Below are positions 49,075 to 58,348 of a stretch of 64,000 nt of DNA, one piece after another. The stretch covers positions 1 to 64,000 of IMG/VR virus record IMGVR_UViG_3300005961_000014. One strand, written 5' to 3'. The first letter of the stretch is position 1; each line of letters starts with the position of its first letter. The position numbers and the translations under genes are program-made. This DNA comes from an uncultured virus (IMG/VR IMGVR_UViG_3300005961_000014) (taxonomy: Duplodnaviria; Heunggongvirae; Uroviricota; Caudoviricetes). A model generated the notes under the pieces. That model worked only from the letters and a program-made list of their open reading frames with translations. It ran no database searches and was not told where the DNA came from.

Positions 49075-49575
49075 ATGCGTCACAGTCTGAACGAAATCTT
49101 GGCTGGTCAAGCACCGGCCAGCGCAAAGCGCAGTCATGGGGCGAAGCCTCTGCGGCTGGTACGTGTTTACGGAGTGGGTCTGGAATCTCTGTGTGACACG
49201 CTGACCGCTGGCGTGATGCCGATGGTGCGAGTTGAACCCATGGGAGTGCGGGTGAGTGCTGAAACCATGCAGGAAGACCAGCATCGGGAAACCGAAGCCG
49301 TGTTGAATCTGTTTGTGGTGCAGCCACGAGTAACGGGGTATGCTGGAGCTGTAGCGGCTGCTGCGGAAGCAGTGCGTAATCCGGAGTCTACGGGTATCCT
49401 CGTGATGGGGGATGTGCCGGGTGGGGAAGAACCGCTTTCGGATGCGGAACATCAGGACCTGAAAGAGCTCCATGAAGCCCTTGCTGAAACTGGCGGTCAG
49501 GTGTATACCACGCCGGACAACGTGATTGATTCCGTGAACGTGTCGGCGTTGACGCCGGAACCCGCGATTCCCTGA
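49075..49575 (+). CDS. Degenerate nucleoside deoxyribosyltransferase-like protein
   Basis: Aligns by eye with the N-domain of 51766-52923; GLE|S motif. Confidence 0.5.
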   Translation: MRHSLNEILAGQAPASAKRSHGAKPLRLVRVYGVGLESLCDTLTAGVMPMVRVEPMGVRVSAETMQEDQHRETEAVLNLFVVQPRVTGYAGAVAAAAEAVRNPESTGILVMGDVPGGEEPLSDAEHQDLKELHEALAETGGQVYTTPDNVIDSVNVSALTPEPAIP

Positions 49576-49710
49576 ATCCATGACGGTATAACCCTTTGAG
49601 CTAACCTCTGGCCGAAGACCCCCTCGGCCATATGGGGGTTATGCGCTTATTTTTTACACACACGGTATTAGTTATGAGACATTTCGTCTTACACGTACTT
49701 AGGAGTTACC

Positions 49711-49944
49711 ATGAGCAACAAACGTACCCCGCCGGTGGTGGTAGCGCTGGACGCTATTCCTCGGCAGCCTGATCAACATCTGCAACTGCATACGGATCCA
49801 GAACGGGTTCTGGGTGTCGTGATTCGTTTTCCTACGCCGGTGGTGAAAGACCGGAATCCGCAAGAGGTGGAGCACCCGGAAGAATCGGGTTTTGATCGCA
49901 AGATGTGTGACCCCTTGGGTCGTATTGTCATGGCCATGGCGTGA
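49711..49944 (+). CDS. Hypothetical protein
   Basis: AGGAG RBS. Confidence 0.6.
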   Translation: MSNKRTPPVVVALDAIPRQPDQHLQLHTDPERVLGVVIRFPTPVVKDRNPQEVEHPEESGFDRKMCDPLGRIVMAMA

Positions 49945-49966
49945 GTATTATCTCTAGGAGAGAGGT

Positions 49967-50242
49967 ATGTCAGTAGACCCTAAAGCGACACGACAGTCCT
50001 TAGGTTTGCAATGGAAGACGGGGATAACCTTACCCGGAGTTGTGACACACCCAGCACAGCTCCGTGGTTTAACGCGTTTAAGTCAACGCCAGCAGATGGA
50101 ACTGAGACACGGCGCTTATGCCGTTATTGAAAGAACCCCCAAGCCATTGTTCGTCTATCCGGGGGACTGGGTCGTGTACTTATCGAGTAATCGACCGGTA
50201 GTAATGAGCGATATTCAATTCAAAACGCTATTCCAAGAATAA
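49967..50242 (+). CDS. Hypothetical protein
   Basis: AGGAG RBS; V.PGDWVV...F...F motif of small phage proteins. Confidence 0.6.
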   Translation: MSVDPKATRQSLGLQWKTGITLPGVVTHPAQLRGLTRLSQRQQMELRHGAYAVIERTPKPLFVYPGDWVVYLSSNRPVVMSDIQFKTLFQE

Positions 50243-50302
50243 TATTTTACAGATATACACCATGGGTATGGACATCTGAGTCCCCACTTAGGAGAGTTTC
50301 AC

Positions 50303-50650
50303 ATGCGTATTTATACCGACCACAACGGGTTGATGGTCAATGCTTTTTCCGGTCCCGATGAACGTGCCGCGGGTCGCGATATGACGGGACATGTTTACAA
50401 AGTGATGCATGGTCAATCGGGTACCACCATCAGTTTTCAGCAAGGTCCGATTCCCGCTCATGGACTGAACGGTGTTACCAATGAAGCGCTGTTGGCGATT
50501 TTGATTCATCGCACCGAGCACCTGGATTCCCAGTTCCCCTGTGATGAAAACAAGCGGGCGATTGCGGACATGAAGAATGCATTGGTGAATCTGGAAGTCC
50601 GCACCGCACGCCGGATGGCGCGTGGGGTTGAAGGGAAAGAAGTCGTCTGA
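50303..50650 (+). CDS. Tad1-like anti-defence sponge protein
   Basis: H.Y, I.FQ.GP....G.NGVT.E.LL.I..R, F.C.EN..A....AL..L..R...R..RGV.G matches the Tad1 family pattern. Confidence 0.75.
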   Translation: MRIYTDHNGLMVNAFSGPDERAAGRDMTGHVYKVMHGQSGTTISFQQGPIPAHGLNGVTNEALLAILIHRTEHLDSQFPCDENKRAIADMKNALVNLEVRTARRMARGVEGKEVV

Positions 50651-50672
50651 TCGTTAGCTGGGGTGTGAAACC

Positions 50673-51107
50673 ATGTCAGAAATCGTTACGGCTGTCTGCC
50701 TGATTCCCATCCCAGATAGTCCTCTGTACTACCCTGAAGGATTTGAATCCCAACGTGATCTGTACGGCGCTACTGTGGACGACATTGTCAGAACCTTGTT
50801 TCAGGACTTAGCATGCGATAGACCTGATAGCAGTTCACGCGAACAAGCCTATGCGGATTTTCTGAACCATCTCAAGATGCTCTACAGTGAACCCGATGAG
50901 GACTCGGGCGGTTTTATCGTTCAAGCGGCTGAAACGGTACTGCAACTCAAGCTGCGGTATGGCAACATTTGGGACCAAGTCCAGAAAGACTTCTGTGCAA
51001 TCATTGGTGATATTGAGCGCACCATGAACGTAGTTTCAGTAGAGGGGTTTACGCGCCTCAGTGATGATACCTACCGGTTTACCTTGGGATACTTGATGCA
51101 GGCTTAG
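50673..51107 (+). CDS. Hypothetical acidic protein
   Basis: 144 aa ORF. Confidence 0.6.
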   Translation: MSEIVTAVCLIPIPDSPLYYPEGFESQRDLYGATVDDIVRTLFQDLACDRPDSSSREQAYADFLNHLKMLYSEPDEDSGGFIVQAAETVLQLKLRYGNIWDQVQKDFCAIIGDIERTMNVVSVEGFTRLSDDTYRFTLGYLMQA

Positions 51108-51140
51108 GCCTGCGTTGTATGCCGTTAAAGCCATTTTTTT

Positions 51141-51162
51141 TCAGATACATACTACCTAAGTG
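51141..51162 (+). promoter_or_regulatory. Putative phage early promoter
   Basis: TCAGATACATACTACCTAAGTG after a T-tract. Confidence 0.6.
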
Positions 51163-51192
51163 AATCTAATCAACTGTCCGTAGGAGGACAAA

Positions 51193-51708
51193 ATGGATAA
51201 CAACACTAAGCATGACATCGTTATTTCGGTGGTTCGTAATATCCCTAACCATGGGATGGATCGTGAACATTTCCGCGCAGCATTGATCAAGCGGTTTCCA
51301 AAAGCCTTTTGGATTGAGCCTGACGGTGTTGGATTTGGCTTCGATATCGAGCGTCTCACTGATGCCGATATTGCTCTGCTTGAAAGGACTCTTCTTCCAG
51401 CCAACATGTTGGTAGCACCACGTGGTTTCTGGAATGTCTCTCGCTTCTGGGACGCGCTCTGCCAAGAGCAACATCTCACTGCCAGCGAGGCTCGTGAAGA
51501 GCTTTCCCACATTGCTGGTATCTCAATGTCTGAGATCAATGACGTAGGGGTAGACCCTGTTACCGGCCTGGTTGAGATACACATCCGTGGGGGAGGAGTG
51601 TTTCAAACTTTCCTCGAAACACTCAAGGAGTTCTTGAGTCCGAAACATTACGAAGCCGTGGCCAATCGCTGGGTTAGCCACTATGGTCCGCTCTATAACT
51701 GGCTTTGA
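51193..51708 (+). CDS. Hypothetical protein
   Basis: AGGAGG RBS; terminator follows. Confidence 0.7.
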   Translation: MDNNTKHDIVISVVRNIPNHGMDREHFRAALIKRFPKAFWIEPDGVGFGFDIERLTDADIALLERTLLPANMLVAPRGFWNVSRFWDALCQEQHLTASEAREELSHIAGISMSEINDVGVDPVTGLVEIHIRGGGVFQTFLETLKEFLSPKHYEAVANRWVSHYGPLYNWL

Positions 51709-51765
51709 CTAGAACGGGGGATCTTATGATCCCCTTCTTTTTTTTTGCTTTACCTGAGGTGTAAC

Positions 51766-52923
51766 ATGCCGGGTACGTTTTCTGAGGACTATAGCTCCTC
51801 ATCGGTGAAAGTCTTTCTGGGTGGTACATGTAACAACAGTCAGTGGCGGGATCGGTTGAAGAAAGAACTGATCGTATCTGTTGGGTGGTTTGACCCAGTC
51901 GTGCCTGACTGGAAACCGGAAGACCAAGTTATCGAACGACAGGTCCGTGAATCTTCAGACTATACTCTCTATGTCATCTCACCGCTCATGACAGGAGTTT
52001 ACTCCATTGCTGAGGTTGTGGACGATAGTCACCGTAGACCCAATCAGACACTATTCACTTTGCTCGATAGTGAATTGGGCACAACTTGGACAACGGGGGA
52101 ACGTCGGTCACTTGACGCAGTTGCTGAAATGCTTAAGCGTAACGGAGCTATAGTGCTGGATAACCTTGCTCAGGTAGCTGACTTCTTAAACACCAAGGGA
52201 ATTGAGTTGGCAACAACTCCCTCTATGGAAGGTAAGAAGTGGTCCGACGATGTCACTAAGAAAGAGAAATGGCATCCTCCTGAAGACTTCTTTAAGAAAT
52301 CCGCTAGCAGTATTGCCAATGGATTGATTAAGGCGTCTAAGGATAAACGACAGGCGATCGCTCGGCTCCAGTTTTACATCAATCGCGCTGGCAAGAACTT
52401 GACCACGTCAGACAAAAAGAAACTAGATACTGCCAAACTGCTTATCCAGAAACACTACGATAAGCTGACCGCTAGTAAAGAAGACCGCACGGATAAGACC
52501 CTCACTGCTGTCATCATCCAAGGGAATCCGAAGTATATTCGAGGAAACCCGACGGCTAAGGCGTTCTATGAGTCAATTCGCAGGTATCTGGAGTCAGCGG
52601 GTTGCGAAGTATCCTTTGATCCGGGTGAGCCCTATACGCTGCCAAAAACAGCCGACATCTGGATAGGGCATAGTCGAGGTACTGACCGGCTACGCTTTGC
52701 GCCGAAGACTGTCACCGTGTTAGCCTTTGGATCATCGATAGATGGCGCGATTAACCATCCTGAGGACAACGCGGTAAAGAAGACTTGGAAAGGAGAGGCT
52801 CCTAACGCTTACCATTTCACGTTTACCGATGAAATGCGGTCAGCTATTGATAAAGTGATAGCCGGCACTCAACAACCCAGTGTGTCCCAAGAAGACATAC
52901 TCCCCCCCAGCGCTAAGTGGTAA
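51766..52923 (+). CDS. Three-domain putative head-cargo polyprotein (NDT-like + DUF3175-like + GxSxG hydrolase-like)
   Basis: KVFLGGTC...WR, FDPVV.DW, SIAE; KWS..V...FYINRAGKNL; GHSRG; linkers SME, SKE, SQE; ends LPPSAKW. Confidence 0.7.
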   Translation: MPGTFSEDYSSSSVKVFLGGTCNNSQWRDRLKKELIVSVGWFDPVVPDWKPEDQVIERQVRESSDYTLYVISPLMTGVYSIAEVVDDSHRRPNQTLFTLLDSELGTTWTTGERRSLDAVAEMLKRNGAIVLDNLAQVADFLNTKGIELATTPSMEGKKWSDDVTKKEKWHPPEDFFKKSASSIANGLIKASKDKRQAIARLQFYINRAGKNLTTSDKKKLDTAKLLIQKHYDKLTASKEDRTDKTLTAVIIQGNPKYIRGNPTAKAFYESIRRYLESAGCEVSFDPGEPYTLPKTADIWIGHSRGTDRLRFAPKTVTVLAFGSSIDGAINHPEDNAVKKTWKGEAPNAYHFTFTDEMRSAIDKVIAGTQQPSVSQEDILPPSAKW

Positions 52924-53017
52924 GACATAATTGCCCTCCCACTCATGGGAGGACTTATGTTGTTTTTAACTGATTCACTGGATTTTTTGAGAAACAGACT
53001 CTGCCACCGAGGACACT

Positions 53018-53545
53018 ATGAGCAGAATACCCAAGCTTTTTCGATTCCAACAAGACTTTCGCATCCCATCTGCTCACCTGAGTATCCAAGATATTCACGT
53101 GATACATCAAGCACTGATGGGGGGTAATAAAGATCTGGCTTTCCATTACGCAAGTGAAATAAGTACTCGGGGCATTAGTATGCTTTGCGGGGCTATTTAC
53201 CATGATCAAACTGAGATAGAGGTTGATCAGGACTATATCCAAGTTCGGCTGTTTGGTGTACTCTTTCCGGAACATACACAAGCCCTCGCACCCAAGTTAC
53301 TCGGAGACCGATTGTTTCCCACAATCCCCTTGATCCATCGACCAGATCCTGATACGGGTGAGTCGTCGGTTATCGGAGTTGCTAACCCCATTCTGCGATA
53401 TGTTAAACCACCGCCTGCTTTAGGGATTAATAAAAAATCTCGTGTCAAATACATTACCCTGACGACGTACTCGGATTATCTGAAACAGTTGGATATGAAG
53501 GAAGGACGTACGTCAACAACCGAAGCTCTCGACGGGAGACGTTAA
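53018..53545 (+). CDS. Hypothetical protein
   Basis: GAGGA RBS. Confidence 0.6.
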   Translation: MSRIPKLFRFQQDFRIPSAHLSIQDIHVIHQALMGGNKDLAFHYASEISTRGISMLCGAIYHDQTEIEVDQDYIQVRLFGVLFPEHTQALAPKLLGDRLFPTIPLIHRPDPDTGESSVIGVANPILRYVKPPPALGINKKSRVKYITLTTYSDYLKQLDMKEGRTSTTEALDGRR

Positions 53546-54040
53546 GTGAACATTGCTCTGATTGTTGCCATGAGTATGAATGGCTGTATTGGTCGCCAAG
53601 GTCAACTACCGTGGCGTATTCCCGGAGATTTGCGTTTCTTCAAAGAAAGCACGCTCCGTCACCCCGTGATCATGGGACGCAAAACGTTTGACTCAATCGG
53701 CAAACCTCTACCCGGTCGTTACAACATCATTATCTCACGCACACCGCGCGAGCCTGGCGCAGGTTACTGCTACGTCACAACGCTGACACAAGCCCTGCTG
53801 GAAGCCGAACCCCATCTGCCTGCTGATGGCACGGTGTTTATCATCGGAGGTGGGGAGATCTACAAGGAAGCGCTTCCGTTTGCTGATACAGTGTACATGA
53901 CCCATGTCCCGGAGATCGTGAAAGATGGGGACGCGTTCTTCCCAACGTTTACTGGAGAAGGCTGGGATCGTGAAACCGTCGAGTGTTTGGATGATCCCAA
54001 TCATGGAGTTATCCGTATCAGTCGGTATAACAAACGATAA
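53546..54040 (+). CDS. folA: Dihydrofolate reductase
   Basis: LIVAM..NG.IG..G.LPW, DL.FFK, IMGRKTFDS, PLPGR.N, IIGGGEIY, GDAFFP. Confidence 0.95.
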   Translation: MNIALIVAMSMNGCIGRQGQLPWRIPGDLRFFKESTLRHPVIMGRKTFDSIGKPLPGRYNIIISRTPREPGAGYCYVTTLTQALLEAEPHLPADGTVFIIGGGEIYKEALPFADTVYMTHVPEIVKDGDAFFPTFTGEGWDRETVECLDDPNHGVIRISRYNKR

Positions 54041-54093
54041 CCCCCACTGGTGTGAGATATTCCTATGAACCTCTCACACCACGGAACACCGCT

Positions 54094-54432
54094 ATGGGAA
54101 AAGTTCTGATCATGATTATCATATCGGCATTATCGCGGATATGGCAATACATTAACAAACCCCCTAAGATAGACGTCCCTCCGTTGGATGAAACTCTGCC
54201 AAATCTCTGTGTTGTTGAGAGTACGGACTATATCTTGGAAAAGGAAATCATTCCAGTTCCCAACGAGGGGACGGATGCGTACTTGATCTACCTGGACATG
54301 CCAACAATCTGCCGTTCTTCACGAATCCAGTTCGGAACACGGGGTGGGATTTACTACGAGTGGGTCAATGGAAAGTGGGTAGAACTACCCGGTGTTATTG
54401 GGGTTCTCTACAAGCAACCAACCAAGAAATGA
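54094..54432 (+). CDS. Hypothetical membrane-anchored protein
   Basis: Hydrophobic N-terminus. Confidence 0.5.
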   Translation: MGKVLIMIIISALSRIWQYINKPPKIDVPPLDETLPNLCVVESTDYILEKEIIPVPNEGTDAYLIYLDMPTICRSSRIQFGTRGGIYYEWVNGKWVELPGVIGVLYKQPTKK

Positions 54433-54482
54433 CGACATAAATCCCAGGGATCTCTCCCTGGGGTTATATGCTGTTATAAATG

Positions 54483-54680
54483 TTAACCGCCTGCGTTAAC
54501 CAGATGCTGATGCTTCCAGTAATCGTTACTCAATACCAACTGCACGTCACCATGTAGCTCGTTCCCCAGTTGATTGAGCTCCAGTTCTGTTTGCTGTGCA
54601 GAGTTAGTCGGAACCTCGGTAACCGGAGCGATTTCAGACAACTCCTCCAAACCCAGGCGATAGAACAGTTTGTTGCTCAT
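54483..54680 (-). pseudogene. Truncated paralogue (leader only) of the adjacent internal head protein
   Basis: Same MSNKLFYRLGLE start; 34 identical nt with 56136-56169; own GGAG RBS. Confidence 0.55.
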
Positions 54681-54758
54681 GGTGTTACTCCACGGAGATT
54701 TTGAATGCGGGAGTCATGACTCTCCCGCGTTGTTTACAGCAAACGGATGAAGTTAGGC

Positions 54759-56165
54759 TTAGGCAGCTGCCGGCTCTTCCTTCTTCGGCTCTTCGGCTTT
54801 CTCACCGCCACCGGCTGCCTTCAGACAGAGGTCGCCATATGCCAGATAGGCCTTGGCAGTCTTCTGAACATAGTTGACAACCATGTAGTCAGCAGACACC
54901 AGTGCAGACCAAGCAGTACCGAAGGCACGAGCAAAGTTGCTGCGTTCCTGAGCGATACGCGCTTTGTCACCTTCGTTATTACCGGTCGCTTCTTTAGCAG
55001 AGCTTTCCAGTTGCTTGATCACGAGGCCACGCAGATGCTCACGCTGTGCGTAAGCCTTCTTGTAGCTACCGATCTTCTCGAAGATGCCGGCAGCAGCAGT
55101 TGCCAAAACCTTGACGTCTTTCGGAGCAATGGCTTCGCCTTCCAGCTTGCGATCAGCGCCGCTCAACAGATCCATGATGGTGAACTTGTACTTGCCAAAC
55201 ATTCTGGAGGCTTCACCCAGATCTTTCGGGGTTTCGCCAGAAGGTATGATAATGTACAGGCCGTTGTTGCCGGGAAGAATCTTCTTGCCGCGAGCCACAG
55301 TGGCACTCTCAGGGGCCCGGGAAGGATTGGTGATGACCACCATGCCATCCAGCGGTTTCAGGACGTTTTCGTATGCAGTGTTCAACTGCTTAACGCCTTC
55401 ACCGGCGGCACTGTTGGCAGCATCAATGTCAGTGGCCTTGAAAACCTTGTCACCGATCGCTCCCATATCGGCAGCAATAAGAGCGCTGGAACCCAATGCG
55501 GCCATCAGACTGGCCACGCTTGCGGTACCAGCCACAACAGTGGCCTTGTTCAGCTTGCCGTTGATTTCAAGGGTTTCCAGCAAACCTGTGTTGGATTCCT
55601 TGAAGTCAACTGTACCGGCGGCTTTACCGGCCATTTCATCAGCCTTCTTAGCGAGGGCGTTGGCGCGGGCTGTCAGCTTGGCGGAACCATCGAAGACGGA
55701 CTTGATCCAACCGGAGAAGGTATTCCACAGCTTCTTGAGCTTCTCGATCAGTGCACGACCCAGTTCCTTGATCTTGTCCAGAGCGCCTTCCATCGAAGCG
55801 ACAACCGCATCTTCAGGAGAGTTGATGGACTCAGTAGAAACGGTCAAGGTTGTGCCACCGAACCACTTCCGATTCACGGCGTTGATCGCCATGTTGGAGA
55901 AGACTATCGCGTCCTTGGTAGGCTTACCGCTCTTCAGCGCAGCTTCCAGACCCTTCACCACTTCACCCATGGTTTCAGTGTCGGCATCAATCGCTTCAAC
56001 ATCGTCAGCGTCGCCTTCGACTTCTTCACCTTGCTCTTCAGCGGCCAGGACGTCAGATTCAGGAGAGGATTCGCCAGCGATTTCTTCCAGTGACTCCGGC
56101 TCGTCAGCCGGAGCGTCTTCGACCAGGTCTTCAAGACCCAGGCGATAGAACAGTTTGTTGCTCAT
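54759..56165 (-). CDS. Internal head (ejection) protein with acidic propeptide
   Basis: Acidic N-region with GLE/SLE/STE/SME sites, then ASME|GALDKIKE...KLW...W pattern of phiKZ-like head-protein paralogues. Confidence 0.75.
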   Translation of the reverse strand: MSNKLFYRLGLEDLVEDAPADEPESLEEIAGESSPESDVLAAEEQGEEVEGDADDVEAIDADTETMGEVVKGLEAALKSGKPTKDAIVFSNMAINAVNRKWFGGTTLTVSTESINSPEDAVVASMEGALDKIKELGRALIEKLKKLWNTFSGWIKSVFDGSAKLTARANALAKKADEMAGKAAGTVDFKESNTGLLETLEINGKLNKATVVAGTASVASLMAALGSSALIAADMGAIGDKVFKATDIDAANSAAGEGVKQLNTAYENVLKPLDGMVVITNPSRAPESATVARGKKILPGNNGLYIIIPSGETPKDLGEASRMFGKYKFTIMDLLSGADRKLEGEAIAPKDVKVLATAAAGIFEKIGSYKKAYAQREHLRGLVIKQLESSAKEATGNNEGDKARIAQERSNFARAFGTAWSALVSADYMVVNYVQKTAKAYLAYGDLCLKAAGGGEKAEEPKKEEPAAA

Positions 56166-56186
56166 GGTGCAGACCTCAACAATAAG

Positions 56187-56993
56187 TTAATTAGGACCAC
56201 CCAGCAAACGCTGGATGTGGCGACGATGCGCTTGGAAATCATTCAGGTAGGCCACCTTGCGCCACACCTTCTTCAGATGGTCACGATACTGTTCATCCGC
56301 ATCGCTGTACCCATCCACCACTTCACGGAAACGCCCAAGATCAGCACCCGCATGAATAACTCCCTTATCCATCGGGATTTGAAGATTCATGTAGATATAG
56401 GCCTTAACCGCCAATACAACCAGCTCAGCAAACGCCGGATAACTGGTGGGTTGGATATGCGACATCATGGCGTCATTTTCCAACCAGCAGCGAAGATAGA
56501 TGTTGGGTGGTAACGTGAAGTTATCCTGGATCAACACCTGATTCTCACCAACCAATATGCAGTTGGCAGTAGAAACCATTGGGATGGGTTGGTGCGACTG
56601 CAGCAATCCCTGCGCAGCATCCAGCAAATTGTTCCCATAGGAGGGTACCAGATTCGTGATGCCCGCCATGGCACCATCACCGAAAGACACGGACAAAGCC
56701 CGTGTAATAGATCGCCCCTGTGTCAAGGTTTTTGGGACCGTATAGATCACCTGATACGGGTCAATGTATTCGTAAGAAGCACGGATCAACGGGATCGTTG
56801 TTTCCACCCCACCAAACAAATTACAATCCACCATCACTCGTGCATTCAGAACCAAGTCACGAATACGAGCATCTACGGTTGCAGGGGTTGAGCGGAATTG
56901 AAAGTTAAACTGTCGAGAGACAAAAGTCTCTTTCAGAACCTCATCAGGGATCCGAAAATGGACTTGATTGAGGGCGTACGTGATCGGATTCAT
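56187..56993 (-). CDS. Conserved phiKZ-like protein
   Basis: MNPI.YAL......IP.EVL...F; LAVKAYIY; core-gene synteny. Confidence 0.6.
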   Translation of the reverse strand: MNPITYALNQVHFRIPDEVLKETFVSRQFNFQFRSTPATVDARIRDLVLNARVMVDCNLFGGVETTIPLIRASYEYIDPYQVIYTVPKTLTQGRSITRALSVSFGDGAMAGITNLVPSYGNNLLDAAQGLLQSHQPIPMVSTANCILVGENQVLIQDNFTLPPNIYLRCWLENDAMMSHIQPTSYPAFAELVVLAVKAYIYMNLQIPMDKGVIHAGADLGRFREVVDGYSDADEQYRDHLKKVWRKVAYLNDFQAHRRHIQRLLGGPN

Positions 56994-57104
56994 GCGTAGA
57001 AACCCCGCCGTCGAAAATAACAGATAAGGACATCCTATAGCATAAAGGCCACGGAGCGTGGCATATATACTACTTTTCAGAATACATCCATTGAGGATAC
57101 TCCA

Positions 57105-57440
57105 ATGCGCGATCTTGTCCTACTCATGGACGGTCTCGAACTCGAACCCCTCTTTGAACAGAACGACATACCGACGTGTGCCACCTTGGCTCACCTAGGG
57201 CTCGCGTGTCACCGCGTGTTCATACTACCCGTAGAACCCCGGTTCTGGAAAGAGATCAGCCAGCATACGCACCACGCTCAGGTCAACCCATTTTTCTATC
57301 GACAACTTGAACGCGTTGTCCGTACATACCAAGAGCTGTCCATGTATAGCCATTACAACACGGCCGACCTCTCACTCAAGGACGTGAAGCACTGTGGTGG
57401 GGACTACCGGATAGTATTAGGCAGAGGGAGTCATCCATGA
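57105..57440 (+). CDS. Hypothetical protein
   Basis: GAGGA RBS. Confidence 0.55.
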   Translation: MRDLVLLMDGLELEPLFEQNDIPTCATLAHLGLACHRVFILPVEPRFWKEISQHTHHAQVNPFFYRQLERVVRTYQELSMYSHYNTADLSLKDVKHCGGDYRIVLGRGSHP

Positions 57441-57970
57441 TCGTCATGTTTTCGTTCCAAGAAGAAGTCCAGTGGATTGTCAACGCCACCCTCACGTTTT
57501 GTCAACGCCACCAGCTCACTGAGACCCTCAAACCGGAACAGGCTTTGGAATTGATTCGGTGTCTATTGGATGACGCCGTGAGCGAACGCCTTCAGTGGGC
57601 ACCCATAGGTCACTCCTATAACAAGGTTGCGGAAGCGATGATGCCGTGGTATCACCCAGCCGCTATGGATACGTTATCCGACAGCTACTGGTCATTAGTC
57701 ATGGATCGCGTCTTTGGCCAAGTCCGACTGGCTACGCACTCCATATACCCCAATAAAACTTGGGATGTGGTTGCGGTTAATAGTCTCAAGGATGATACCG
57801 TCGTGGTTGAGAAAATCGATGACTGGCGAATCCTGCAATACGAACAACTCAAAGAAGAACAGCGGATACTACCAAGCGGTTGGCAGTGTCGTTCCGTTAA
57901 CGGGCACCCTGTCGTGATTCAGTCCTTCTGCGACCCCCTCACCCAAGTTACTGATGGGTTTACCGACTAG
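57437..57970 (+). CDS. Hypothetical protein
   Basis: ATGA coupling. Confidence 0.6.
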   Translation: MIVMFSFQEEVQWIVNATLTFCQRHQLTETLKPEQALELIRCLLDDAVSERLQWAPIGHSYNKVAEAMMPWYHPAAMDTLSDSYWSLVMDRVFGQVRLATHSIYPNKTWDVVAVNSLKDDTVVVEKIDDWRILQYEQLKEEQRILPSGWQCRSVNGHPVVIQSFCDPLTQVTDGFTD

Positions 57971-57979
57971 AGGTTTATC

Positions 57980-58348
57980 ATGAAACCTTGTATTGCGCGT
58001 CTTGCTATTGATGACTTGATCAACCCTATCAAGACCGTGTTGGGGTACACCGTCAATACCTGGAGCGGTCATGAGGCTCACGAAATTGTGGTGCGTGTCA
58101 CGGAATATGTATTAGGAACAACACCAGGCGGACTGGCGCTCTTAGAACAAGAACTGATTCAGTCATGGGGAGTGGCGCCTGATCGAGCCAGGTCTGTTAT
58201 CTGTCACGCTCTCTTTCCACTGGACGCGGTCTTGAAACCCTATGCGGAGCGCATTGCTGAACACCCCTCCACAGTGAAGCTTTCTGTATCGCGTGAAACG
58301 TTGCGCATCGAAATATACCCCATCTCCACGGGAGAGAAACATGAGTAA
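57980..58348 (+). CDS. Hypothetical protein
   Basis: GAGG RBS. Confidence 0.6.
   Translation: MKPCIARLAIDDLINPIKTVLGYTVNTWSGHEAHEIVVRVTEYVLGTTPGGLALLEQELIQSWGVAPDRARSVICHALFPLDAVLKPYAERIAEHPSTVKLSVSRETLRIEIYPISTGEKHE

Noticed and set aside
48847..49581. 244-aa minus-strand ORF
   Set aside because: Antisense to the 49075 gene and extends into the repeat region; composition is not protein-like.
54747..56148. Long plus-strand ORFs (448 and 354 aa) opposite the head protein
   Set aside because: Antisense shadows of a codon-biased gene; no RBS or recognisable motifs.
32400..56200. Absence of PhuZ tubulin and chimallin
   Set aside because: Only part of the genome is visible and these genes may lie outside the window, so no conclusion is possible.
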